Below, piece after piece: positions 18,296-25,906 of a DNA stretch of 32,000 bases. The stretch spans positions 1 to 32,000 of the forward strand of contig NZ_OZ017288.1 in the NCBI RefSeq assembly GCF_963967315.1. The letters are read 5' to 3'. Every line of letters starts with the position of its first letter. Within the stretch, counting starts at the first letter, position 1. The position numbers were made by a program, and so were the translations under genes. The DNA comes from Candidatus Minimicrobia sp. QA0096. Lineage in GTDB: Bacteria; Patescibacteriota; Saccharimonadia; Saccharimonadales; Saccharimonadaceae. The notes below the pieces were generated by a model. The model saw only the letters and a program-made list of their open reading frames with translations. It searched no databases and was not told the origin of the DNA.

Positions 18296-19379
18296 CGTTA
18301 GCAATTTCATAGCAGTTGTCAATCAAACTTTTGACGTGGCTTTTGCTGGAATGGTTGAAGTTGAGGGCGAGGTTTCTAGTTTCAAGTCTTATCCTCCGAA
18401 ATACGCTTTTTTCGACCTAAAAGATGACGACGGGCTGGTTCGATGTTTTGTTGGTTTTAGCAATTTACGCACGCCAATTGAAGACGGGATGAAAGTTGTC
18501 GTTCGGACAATGCCGGCGCTTAGAGATAATGGCGCCTTTAGTCTGAACGTTCAAGAGATTCGCCCATTAGGCAAGGGAAGTTTGAAGCGAAGTTTTGAGC
18601 TTTTGAAACAAAAATTGACAGTTGAGGGTCTGTTTAATTCTGAAAGAAAGCGTCCATTACCGCAATATCCCCAGCGAGTGGCTGTTATTTCCAGTACAAA
18701 AGCGGCGGGATATGCTGACTTTATGAAGATTTCCGGTGAGCGTTGGGGTGGTGTGAAATTCGTAGTCGCCGATGTTAATGTACAAGGCGTGAATGCTGCA
18801 GATCAAGCTGTTCGAGCGATATCATATTTTAATCAAATGTCAGAATCTCCAGATGTGATTGTTTTGATTCGTGGCGGTGGCAGTGCGGAAGATTTGGCGA
18901 GTTTTAACGATGAAAAACTAGTACGGACGGTGGCGAGTAGTCGCATTCCAACAATGACTGGAATTGGTCATGAAATTGATGAGAGTTTATGCGATTTGGC
19001 GGCGGACGTTCGCGCAGCCACGCCGAGCAACGCCGCGCAATTGCTGTTTCCTGATAAGCGAGAAGTGGTTAGGCATTTGCATTACAGGCTAATTGACGCG
19101 AAAGATTCAATTTGTAGGGCTATCGAAGAACGGTCGCTTAATGCAACAATGTTGCAAAAAGAAGCGCTAAAACAGTGGTCAAGTCGCGTGGACGCGGCTG
19201 TAAATGCGACATTGTCGCAACAAAAAGTTATCGCTGAGTATGATCCGGAAATGGCGCTGCGTCGTGGCTATGCAATGATCAAGGGTGATTTACAGATTGG
19301 TAATATTGTAGAGATTACAACAAAAGATATAATTATGAAAGCGAGGATTGAGAATAGTGAACAACGATATGACAATTGA
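18279..19379 (+). CDS. xseA: Exodeoxyribonuclease VII large subunit
   Basis: OB-fold N-terminus 'SVSNFIAVVNQTFDVAFAGMVEVEGEVSSFK', then 'VAVISSTKAAGYADF', 'VIVLIRGGGSAEDL' and 'SRIPTMTGIGHEID'. It overlaps the upstream gene by 17 nt. Confidence 0.88.
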   Translation: MIPRFSVSNFIAVVNQTFDVAFAGMVEVEGEVSSFKSYPPKYAFFDLKDDDGLVRCFVGFSNLRTPIEDGMKVVVRTMPALRDNGAFSLNVQEIRPLGKGSLKRSFELLKQKLTVEGLFNSERKRPLPQYPQRVAVISSTKAAGYADFMKISGERWGGVKFVVADVNVQGVNAADQAVRAISYFNQMSESPDVIVLIRGGGSAEDLASFNDEKLVRTVASSRIPTMTGIGHEIDESLCDLAADVRAATPSNAAQLLFPDKREVVRHLHYRLIDAKDSICRAIEERSLNATMLQKEALKQWSSRVDAAVNATLSQQKVIAEYDPEMALRRGYAMIKGDLQIGNIVEITTKDIIMKARIENSEQRYDN

Positions 19380-19557
19380 GCAAATGATAGCTGAATTGAA
19401 CGAGCGAATCGCGTGGTTTCAAGGCGATGATTTTAATCTGGACGAGGCAAAACAGAGGTTTATTGAGGCGAGAGAGTTATCAAAAAAAATTACTGCCACG
19501 CTGGAAGATATGCGACATGATATCGAGGTTCTTAGCGAGGATTTTAACGCTGAGTAG
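19369..19557 (+). CDS. xseB: Exodeoxyribonuclease VII small subunit
   Basis: 'IEQMIAELNERIAWFQGDDFNLDEAKQRFIEARELSKKITATLEDM' is a typical XseB helical hairpin. It overlaps the end of xseA. The upstream ATG at 19348 is an alternative start. Confidence 0.8.
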   Translation: MTIEQMIAELNERIAWFQGDDFNLDEAKQRFIEARELSKKITATLEDMRHDIEVLSEDFNAE

Positions 19558-19584
19558 GATCTTTACACCAATTAAAGCATAAGC

Positions 19585-19590
19585 TATACT
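19585..19590 (+). promoter_or_regulatory. -10 box TATACT, 6 nt upstream of ATG 19597
   Basis: TATACT at 19585-19590. Confidence 0.4.
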
Positions 19591-19596
19591 CTAATT

Positions 19597-20256
19597 ATGA
19601 TTACGAGAAATAGAAGTGAACGTGGCTCAGTTAATGGCTGGATGGTCGGCACAATCGGCTGTCTGATATTGTTTTTGATTGCTGGATCTTTGGCGATTTG
19701 GGCGTACATGCAATATTCCCGAGAAAAGAGCAGTGTTGATAGTAAAGTTGCGATTAAAGTTGCTGAGGGTAAGCGCGAGCAGGCTGAGTCTGATTGGAGG
19801 AAGTATTCAGACGCAGCTAAGAATCCACGTATTGAATTTGTTGGTCCTGCTGAATACGGTCGAGTGTCGTTTATGTATCCAAAAGATTGGAGTGTATATG
19901 TAGCGAATGACGGCAGCGACAGGGGTGATTATAAAGCTTATCTTCACCCTGTTTCAGTTCCTTCGACAACTAATAAAAATAGTCGATTTGCATTAAGGCT
20001 GGAGATTATCAACAAGAATATGGATACGGTGCTGAATGAGTATCAATCACGACTAAAGAAGGGTGAATTGACCTCAAGTAGTACTGAGTTTAATGGAATT
20101 TCAGCAACTCGGATTGACGGTACGTTTGAGAAAGAATTGCGCGGCTCTGTGGTTTTGATGAAAGTTCGCGATAAAACTATTCGTTTTTCAACCGACGCGG
20201 ATACGTTTAAGCCAGATTTCCAGACTATATTAAGCACTGTAAAAATCTCTGAATAG
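19597..20256 (+). CDS. Membrane-anchored hypothetical protein with an extracytoplasmic domain (possibly PsbP/DcrB-like)
   Basis: A single N-terminal TM segment 'WMVGTIGCLILFLIAGSLAIWAY'. The 'YPKDWSVY...' beta-rich ectodomain is only loosely reminiscent of PsbP/DUF1795 folds. Confidence 0.5.
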   Translation: MITRNRSERGSVNGWMVGTIGCLILFLIAGSLAIWAYMQYSREKSSVDSKVAIKVAEGKREQAESDWRKYSDAAKNPRIEFVGPAEYGRVSFMYPKDWSVYVANDGSDRGDYKAYLHPVSVPSTTNKNSRFALRLEIINKNMDTVLNEYQSRLKKGELTSSSTEFNGISATRIDGTFEKELRGSVVLMKVRDKTIRFSTDADTFKPDFQTILSTVKISE

Positions 20257-20274
20257 AAAAACCCAGTACATATT

Positions 20275-20283
20275 TGCTATACT
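20275..20283 (+). promoter_or_regulatory. Extended -10 TGcTATACT, 8 nt upstream of ATG 20292
   Basis: TGcTATACT at 20275-20283. The track's TTG 20274 start abuts and overlaps this element. Confidence 0.45.
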
Positions 20284-20291
20284 ATAATTGT

Positions 20292-21008
20292 ATGGCAGGT
20301 AAAGAGTGGAGTGATGCTGATTTTGAGGGATTGCCGAGCGTTTTGGTGGCGGCACACGAGCTGAAAACGCCGCTGGCTTTGATTAGGCAATTGGCGCTAC
20401 TGTTGGACGATGACTTAACCAGTTCTGCCGATAAAACTCAGATCCAGCAACGAATTATTCGGACTTCTGAGCAGGCGTTACAGCTTACGATTGATTTGGC
20501 AAATTCAGCTAATTTAACGTCGTCGTTATTTCCGCTTGAACCGGTCAATCCGTTGGCTTTATGTCAGCAAGTAGCGATGGAAACAAAGTTCAACGCAATA
20601 CTTTATGGGCGAAAAGTTAGCTGGCCTAAGAGTAGTCGAAATGGTCAATTGATATTAGCGAACCGAACACTTTTGGGGCGAATTTTAGCGAACTTTCTAA
20701 ATAACGCGTTGGCGTATACGGAGGACGGATCGGAGATTAAGGTTTCGGTTAAGGCGACAAAAGATGCCGTAAGGATGAGCGTGCGAGATTTTGGGCCGAT
20801 GATGAGTTTGAAGGAATATCGACGCTTATTGGATGAGATGGAAACACGAAAAACCGTGCGAACAAGGCCGAAAAGTAGTGGATTGGGGATTTACGTGGCG
20901 AATCAATTTGCGCGGGCGATGAACGGGCGGATTGGTCTGATTCGTCACCGTGATGGATTAACTTTTTATGTAGAAATGCCAATTAGTCGGCAGTTGAGCT
21001 TGATATGA
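20292..21008 (+). CDS. Minimal cytoplasmic histidine kinase (DHp + CA only, no sensor or TM region)
   Basis: The H-box 'AAHELKTPLALIRQ' starts about 20 aa from the N-terminus. N-box 'LANFLNNALAYT', G1-like 'VRDFGPMM' and G2 'SSGLGIYVANQFA' are present. No hydrophobic segments. Confidence 0.8.
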   Translation: MAGKEWSDADFEGLPSVLVAAHELKTPLALIRQLALLLDDDLTSSADKTQIQQRIIRTSEQALQLTIDLANSANLTSSLFPLEPVNPLALCQQVAMETKFNAILYGRKVSWPKSSRNGQLILANRTLLGRILANFLNNALAYTEDGSEIKVSVKATKDAVRMSVRDFGPMMSLKEYRRLLDEMETRKTVRTRPKSSGLGIYVANQFARAMNGRIGLIRHRDGLTFYVEMPISRQLSLI

Positions 21009-21376
21009 AAAAACTGTTAATCGTTGAGGATGATAAGAATTGGGCGGATATTCTGGGCAAGTTTGCCGCGGATATTGGGGCGGAACATCGAGTGGCGGTT
21101 TCTGGCGGTCAGGCGATTGAAATTATTGATAATTGGCAACCTGACGCTTTAATTTTGGATATGTTGTTAGCTGGCGAAACGGCGATTGCGCTACTTAACG
21201 AACTGCGATCGTACGCGGATTTGGCGAGTTTGCCGATTGTGGTTTGTACGAATATCGACGTTAAAATGGACGATTTGCGTCCGCTTGGTGTGAAGGCGAT
21301 TTTGAATAAAACATCGATGCGTCCGAATGAGGCGCGGGCGATTTTTCGCGAGGTTCTAAATGACGGGGCAGAGTGA
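21005..21376 (+). CDS. Receiver-only response regulator, coupled to the kinase by an ATGA overlap
   Basis: 'KLLIVEDD', the acceptor Asp in 'ALILDMLLAGE', 'IVVCTN' and 'AILNK'. 123 aa with no output domain. Confidence 0.8.
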   Translation: MKKLLIVEDDKNWADILGKFAADIGAEHRVAVSGGQAIEIIDNWQPDALILDMLLAGETAIALLNELRSYADLASLPIVVCTNIDVKMDDLRPLGVKAILNKTSMRPNEARAIFREVLNDGAE

Positions 21377-22040
21377 GCGAGTAAAAGCAATTGTTTTGAG
21401 GCGAACGAATTACGCCGAAGCTGACCGAGTTTTGCAATTATTAACGCCGAAAGGTCGACGCAGCGTAATCGCAAAAGGTGTGCGACGCGAGCGCAGTAAA
21501 TTGGCGGGCGGAATCGAATTATTCGCGATTTGCGACGTGGTTATTCGTTCTGGTCGGGGCGATTTGGGGCTATTAACTTCCGCTCGATTATCGGCTTTTT
21601 ATCGGCATATTTTGGAAGATTACGATCGGATGCAGTTTGCTTATTCGGTAATGAAATTGGTTTCTGCGGCGAGTGAAAATATTGACGAACCAGAATGGTA
21701 TTATGTGCTGAGTCAAGTTTTGGAGCAATTGAATAATCCTGCAATAAACCAAAAATTGATTGAAACGTGGTTTTATTTGCAATACGCGAGTTTGCTGGGT
21801 GATGAATTGAATCTTCGCACAGATGTGACGACAGCACCGTTGCTCCCTGATAAAAAATATATGTATGACAATGCAGAGAAAGGCTTGAGATTGGCGGAGC
21901 AGGGCGATTTGGGTGCGGACGCCATCAAATTGTTAAGGTTAATCCAGGCCAAGCCTCTGGCAAACGTGGCGCAAATCGGCGGAATAACTGAGGTTATAAA
22001 CGATTGTTGGTTGACCGCCAGACAACACGCGGCAGTGTAA
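21360..22040 (+). CDS. recO: DNA repair protein RecO
   Basis: 'VKAIVLRRTNYAEADRVLQLLTPKGRRSVIAKGVRRERSKLAGGIELF' is the typical RecO OB-fold N-terminus. 226 aa. It overlaps the response regulator gene by 17 nt. Confidence 0.85.
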   Translation: MTGQSERVKAIVLRRTNYAEADRVLQLLTPKGRRSVIAKGVRRERSKLAGGIELFAICDVVIRSGRGDLGLLTSARLSAFYRHILEDYDRMQFAYSVMKLVSAASENIDEPEWYYVLSQVLEQLNNPAINQKLIETWFYLQYASLLGDELNLRTDVTTAPLLPDKKYMYDNAEKGLRLAEQGDLGADAIKLLRLIQAKPLANVAQIGGITEVINDCWLTARQHAAV

Positions 22041-22054
22041 AATTGTCAGTAAAA

Positions 22055-22063
22055 TGGTATAAT
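22055..22063 (+). promoter_or_regulatory. Extended -10 TGgTATAAT for glyQS, with a leader of about 45 nt
   Basis: TGgTATAAT at 22055-22063. Unlike most genes here, the start codon lies about 50 nt downstream and has a GGAG SD. Confidence 0.5.
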
Positions 22064-22083
22064 TTGGGTAATAATGTGAATCG

Positions 22084-22100
22084 CCATGTTGCCAACATGG
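22084..22100 (+). promoter_or_regulatory. Perfect 7-bp hairpin in the glyQS leader, abutting the SD
   Basis: CCATGTT-gcc-AACATGG. The last two G residues of the 3' arm are the first two bases of the GGAG SD (22099-22102). Confidence 0.3.
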
Positions 22101-22113
22101 AGAAAGGTTTTTG

Positions 22114-23457
22114 ATGAGTCAAGCAAAAATGGAAGATATTATTAGCCTATGTAAGCGTCGCGGTTTTATTTATCAGGGTTCGGATGTTTATGGCGGTTTG
22201 TCTGGAACGTGGGATTACGGTCCGCTGGGCGTTCAATTGAAGCGCAACATTATGAATTTATGGTGGCGAATGTTTGTTGACGAGCGCGACGATATATATG
22301 GCGTCGATGCGGCAATTTTGATGAATCCGAAAGTCTGGAAGGCGAGTGGGCATGTTGATACATTCGTTGACCCATTGTGCGAAGATATGGTTAATCATCG
22401 GCGTTATCGTACCGACCACATTCTTAAGGATAATGGCATTGACGCTGACGGCTTGACGATAGAGCAAATGGATGAAGTGATTGCGGAACGGGGAATTAAA
22501 AGTCCAGACGGAAATCCGCTAAGCAAATCTCGCACGTTTAATATGATGTTTAAGACGAGCGTTGGCGCCACTGAAAGTGAAGACAGCGTTGCATATCTTC
22601 GTCCAGAAACTGCTCAGGGAATTTTTACCAATTTTAAGAACGTTGTTGATAGTTTTTATCCAGACTTGCCGTTTGGAATTGCTCAGCAGGGCAAGGCGTT
22701 TCGCAATGAAATTGCGCCGCGAGATTTTGTTTTCCGTAGCCGTGAGTTTGAGCAAATGGAGATTGAGTATTTTGTCAATCCAGAAAATTGGCAGGAAGCG
22801 TTTGATGAATTGTTGAAGTCGACGCACGAGTTTTTGGAGGCGTTGGGATTAGACCCTAAGAATATTCACGAGCTGGATGTTCCGGCTGAAGACAGGGCGC
22901 ATTACAGTAAGAAGACGATCGACATTGAATACGATTTTCCAATTGGCAAGGAAGAGCTGATGGGAATTGCGTATCGGACTGATTTTGACTTGATGAATAT
23001 TCAGCGCGTCAGCGGGAAAAGTATGGAATATACAATCAAGGGGACGAATGAAAAGTTTGTGCCGCACGTGATTGAGCCGAGTTTTGGCGTCGAGCGGGCG
23101 CTGATGGCGGTCTTGTCGAGTGCGTATCGCGAGGACGAGCAGAACGGCAGTAAGCGTGTTTATTTGGCACTTCCAGAGCATTTGGCGCCGGTTAAATTTG
23201 CCGTTTCACCGCTACTTAAGAATAAGCCAGAATTGGTGAAGAAGGCGCGTGAAATCTACACTAACCTATCTAAGAAAAATCCTGGACGCGTTATGTGGGA
23301 TGACAATGGAAACATCGGTAAGCGTTATCGCCGTCAGGATGAAATTGGTACGCCACACTGCGTAGTTGTCGATTTTCAGACGCTGGAAGATGACACCGTT
23401 ACTGTTCGTGAGCGGGATACGACGGAGCAGAGGCGAGTGAAGGTTGAGGAGTTGTAG
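22114..23457 (+). CDS. glyQS: Glycyl-tRNA synthetase, homodimeric alpha2 (GlyQS) type
   Basis: 'CKRRGFIYQGSDVYGGLSGTWDYGPLGVQLKRNI', 'YLRPETAQGIF', 'FRNEIAPRDFVFRSREFEQMEIEYF', 'EPSFGVERA' and the anticodon-binding 'GKRYRRQDEIGTPHCVVVD'. TTG 22111 is an alternative start. Confidence 0.93.
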   Translation: MSQAKMEDIISLCKRRGFIYQGSDVYGGLSGTWDYGPLGVQLKRNIMNLWWRMFVDERDDIYGVDAAILMNPKVWKASGHVDTFVDPLCEDMVNHRRYRTDHILKDNGIDADGLTIEQMDEVIAERGIKSPDGNPLSKSRTFNMMFKTSVGATESEDSVAYLRPETAQGIFTNFKNVVDSFYPDLPFGIAQQGKAFRNEIAPRDFVFRSREFEQMEIEYFVNPENWQEAFDELLKSTHEFLEALGLDPKNIHELDVPAEDRAHYSKKTIDIEYDFPIGKEELMGIAYRTDFDLMNIQRVSGKSMEYTIKGTNEKFVPHVIEPSFGVERALMAVLSSAYREDEQNGSKRVYLALPEHLAPVKFAVSPLLKNKPELVKKAREIYTNLSKKNPGRVMWDDNGNIGKRYRRQDEIGTPHCVVVDFQTLEDDTVTVRERDTTEQRRVKVEEL

Positions 23458-23465
23458 ATATTGGA
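23457..23465. repeat. Left copy of the 9-mer GATATTGGA, overlapping the glyQS stop codon
   Basis: The identical 9-mer recurs twice at 24173-24181 and 24186-24194, on the other side of the AT-rich gene. Confidence 0.6.
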
Positions 23466-23502
23466 CGTGAAAAAAGCAAATTGGTTTTGAGGAGATAAAA
23501 GA

Positions 23503-24120
23503 TTGACAAAAAGTAGACCTGAGTTTGATAAAATCACATCGTTTGATGAGTTTAATCAATACTATTGGTATCGTGAAGAACTTTCACAGATATGCAGGTC
23601 GCTAGCATTAGAACATAGAGGTACAAAACAAGAACTTAATTATATTATTGAGCAGTACTTTAAGGGTAATTTAATTAAAAAATCATCAATAAAAAACGAA
23701 ACAAAGCAAGTTGAAAATATTACTCTATATATGCCATTACTTGAATGTGGGTTTTCCTTTAATACAAAATTTAGAGAATATTTCTCTGCCGTAACAGGTA
23801 TTGCACCTTTTAAATTTACTGCTGATATGGCTACTGCTTGGAGAAAAGTAAAAAGTGAAAATGATTTGAGTTTTACGATTCAAGATATGCTGAAAGTTTA
23901 TTATGGAAAATCGGATTATGCTAAATATGATAATTCGGTTTGTCAATGGAATCAATTTTTAAAGGATTTCTGTGCAGACGAAAATAGTCGCAACTATTCG
24001 AATAAGTTAAAAGTAGCTGCTATTCTTTGGAAAGAAGTTAGAGATTCAAGAAATGAAAAAATTTATTCAAAGAATCTTTTGACTGAATATGCAGGAAAAA
24101 TAAAAGAGTATCACAATTAG
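23503..24120 (+). CDS. Hypothetical protein with an N-terminal SAP/HeH-like motif, in an AT-rich gene
   Basis: 'YYWYREELSQICRSLALEHRGTKQELNYIIEQYF' looks like a SAP (helix-extended-helix) DNA-binding motif. TTG start with a GAGGAG SD 8 nt upstream. Two 100-nt hand counts gave about 25-30% G+C, against about 53% in a glyQS sample. Confidence 0.5.
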   Translation: MTKSRPEFDKITSFDEFNQYYWYREELSQICRSLALEHRGTKQELNYIIEQYFKGNLIKKSSIKNETKQVENITLYMPLLECGFSFNTKFREYFSAVTGIAPFKFTADMATAWRKVKSENDLSFTIQDMLKVYYGKSDYAKYDNSVCQWNQFLKDFCADENSRNYSNKLKVAAILWKEVRDSRNEKIYSKNLLTEYAGKIKEYHN

Positions 24121-24134
24121 GTAATTTAGGTAAT
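24117..24134. repeat. Perfect tandem 9-mer (TTAGGTAAT x2) spanning the stop codon of the SAP-like gene
   Basis: Copies at 24117-24125 and 24126-24134 are identical. Confidence 0.7.
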
Positions 24135-24172
24135 TCCTAACTTATTAACACCCAATGAGTAGTTAGTAAATG

Positions 24173-24198
24173 GATATTGGAAAGAGATATTGGAAAGA
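24173..24198. repeat. Perfect tandem 13-mer (GATATTGGAAAGA x2)
   Basis: Copies at 24173-24185 and 24186-24198 are identical. Each contains the 9-mer also found at 23457-23465. Confidence 0.7.
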
Positions 24199-24249
24199 CA
24201 GGGTATACTGTAGGTGAAATGGTATTAGCTATCTAGCGCTCGGGTGTAG

Positions 24250-24255
24250 TATAAT
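24250..24255 (+). promoter_or_regulatory. -10 box TATAAT, 7 nt upstream of ATG 24263
   Basis: TATAAT at 24250-24255. The track's ATG 24254 lies inside the box. Confidence 0.5.
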
Positions 24256-24262
24256 GACTTTC

Positions 24263-24754
24263 ATGACAAAAATCACCAACGGACGTATCATTACACAGAA
24301 TTTAGATGGAACGGACCATCTGGATTGTCTGTATCGCATTTCCATAAAGGCTCTGATTTATAATGATGCTGGGCAAATTTTGGTTGTTAAAGAGGATGGG
24401 CGGCAGCTTTGGGATCTTCCTGGTGGCGGAATGGATTATGGTGAAACTTTTGAGTCGGCTTTGAAGCGGGAATTGTATGAGGAGGTTGGCTATAAGGGTA
24501 ATCTTCGCTATCAGCTTTTTGATGCGTCGGACGAGATTTATGTTGAGCGAATTGATGCTAACCAAATTTGTTTTTCTTGTCGTGTGTGGACGGAAAACTT
24601 TGATTTTTCAGCGGGTGTTGATGCGGACGAAGTGATGTTTATGGATCCTGAAGAGTTGCGACTCCAAGAGAGCGAGTCGGGTGCACCGCTTCGATATAAA
24701 GTGCATTTGAAGTGGCAGAAATTGTGTGGCGCAAATAGTTTGCCGACAGAATAG
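24263..24754 (+). CDS. Nudix hydrolase
   Basis: Nudix box 'GGGMDYGETFESALKRELYEEVG' (Gx5Ex7REUxEExGU). Start moved from 24254 to 24263. Confidence 0.8.
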   Translation: MTKITNGRIITQNLDGTDHLDCLYRISIKALIYNDAGQILVVKEDGRQLWDLPGGGMDYGETFESALKRELYEEVGYKGNLRYQLFDASDEIYVERIDANQICFSCRVWTENFDFSAGVDADEVMFMDPEELRLQESESGAPLRYKVHLKWQKLCGANSLPTE

Positions 24755-24756
24755 TA

Positions 24757-24785
24757 TTGACTTTTTCCATAAAATAGTATAGAAT
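24757..24785 (+). promoter_or_regulatory. Near-consensus promoter: TTGACT, 17 nt, TAGAAT, 7 nt upstream of ATG 24793
   Basis: TTGACT at 24757-24762 and TAGAAT at 24780-24785. This is among the best -35/-10 combinations in the window. Confidence 0.6.
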
Positions 24786-24792
24786 ATCAGGC

Positions 24793-25410
24793 ATGGAAAA
24801 AAGTACAGGCGGCGTATCTTTTGGTATTAGATTTATTGACTCTGGTGATGGCTCGGAGAAGTATTCCTCTGTCGAAAGTCGGCGCTTGATTGGAATCTAT
24901 GATGGCGATTGGTCTTTGGAAGAAGATGGGACGGTGAATGCGTCCATGGTGTTTGCCAGAAGAGTGGGTGATATTCGTAGTCATGATAATTTAATAGAGA
25001 AGGTCCGCGGAATCGGTGAGAATATGGCGCGAGTGTCTATTTCAGAGTGTCTGGCGGTTGAAGATGAGGTGAAGGTAAGTGGTTGGCTATTAGCTGATCC
25101 TATGTCGCATAGTGGAATTTCTTTCTTGCGCAAAGTAATACCAACCGAGCTTGTTGTTCCTGATTCCATTGAAAATAACCCTGACGACGATCAGAAGCTA
25201 GAGATCGTCAGACTTGCCTTGCGTGTTGGAGCTGTGGCTTTGCATTGTGCAGGATTGTCATTAGAAGAGCTTAAGGAATCGCCTACTGAGAGTTTCTATC
25301 CGGATAAAGTGGATGAGCTTGTTTCTCGTTTCCATGGCAATGTGGATTTTGGTAGCAAGTGGAGAGAGTATAAGAAAATGGCTAAGGATTTAACGTATGA
25401 AGAAGGCTGA
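24793..25410 (+). CDS. Hypothetical soluble protein, 205 aa
   Basis: ORF behind a strong promoter with no recognisable motif. Its 3' end overlaps the next ORF by 14 nt. Confidence 0.55.
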   Translation: MEKSTGGVSFGIRFIDSGDGSEKYSSVESRRLIGIYDGDWSLEEDGTVNASMVFARRVGDIRSHDNLIEKVRGIGENMARVSISECLAVEDEVKVSGWLLADPMSHSGISFLRKVIPTELVVPDSIENNPDDDQKLEIVRLALRVGAVALHCAGLSLEELKESPTESFYPDKVDELVSRFHGNVDFGSKWREYKKMAKDLTYEEG

Positions 25411-25882
25411 TAATTACGGCGCCAGAGTTAAAATCGAGAATATTATGGAGGGTGAAGTCGACGAGGATTTGTTATTTGCTTTATTGACTAGATTAGTTGT
25501 TAAGGACGAGGTTCTCGATATGGATGTAATGTTGGCTAGTCGCTGTCGTGAGTATTCGGGACATATCATGTTAGCAGAGAAGCGCCTTCCTGGTCGGTCT
25601 ACGTTCATACAATCGCCATTTCAGTTTCCGTATGGTAAAACTGAGCTGCGAAGCTGGCGGGATGGGCGGGGTGTACATTCTGTTGGAGGGATAAGAGGAG
25701 GATTCAGGAAGAATGCTTATTTTTCTTCAGATAATGCGGAATATCTCATAAAGCGAGTGGCTGCCGTGGCTGTTGGGCTTTGCTTGGAAACGCCTTTACA
25801 AGAGATGGATTCTGTCAAGGAATTTTCAGCCGAGGAGCTGGCAGAAGCGTGGCCGAGGCTTAGATACGGAATTTACATTTAA
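25397..25882 (+). CDS. Hypothetical soluble protein, 161 aa
   Basis: Overlaps the upstream ORF (ATGAAGAAGGCTGA). Contains a Gly/Arg-rich patch 'GRGVHSVGGIRGGFRKN'. No recognisable family. Confidence 0.5.
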   Translation: MKKADNYGARVKIENIMEGEVDEDLLFALLTRLVVKDEVLDMDVMLASRCREYSGHIMLAEKRLPGRSTFIQSPFQFPYGKTELRSWRDGRGVHSVGGIRGGFRKNAYFSSDNAEYLIKRVAAVAVGLCLETPLQEMDSVKEFSAEELAEAWPRLRYGIYI

Positions 25883-25891
25883 TATCGCCAT

Positions 25892-25900
25892 TGCTATAAT
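25892..25900 (+). promoter_or_regulatory. Extended -10 TGcTATAAT, 6 nt upstream of ATG 25907
   Basis: TGcTATAAT at 25892-25900. Confidence 0.55.
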
Positions 25901-25906
25901 AACCAT

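Noticed and set aside
24117-24198. The tandem repeats as a possible degenerate CRISPR array
   Set aside because: There are only two directly abutting copies of 9-nt and 13-nt units, with no spacers, no repeat of 24-48 nt and no cas genes.
23457-24253. Calling the AT-rich SAP-like region a mobile element
   Set aside because: There is no transposase, integrase or recombinase, no inverted repeats and no adjacent tRNA. Only short direct repeats and a compositional shift are present, so it is reported as a finding rather than annotated as a mobile element.
24793-25882. Possible paralogy between the two unknown ORFs (C-terminal helices 'IVRLALRVGAVALHCAGLSLEEL' and 'LIKRVAAVAVGLCLETPLQEM'), and with the tail of ORF 14445
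   Set aside because: The similarity is confined to short hydrophobic, Ala/Val-rich helices and needs gaps. It cannot be told apart from chance by eye, so it is not claimed.
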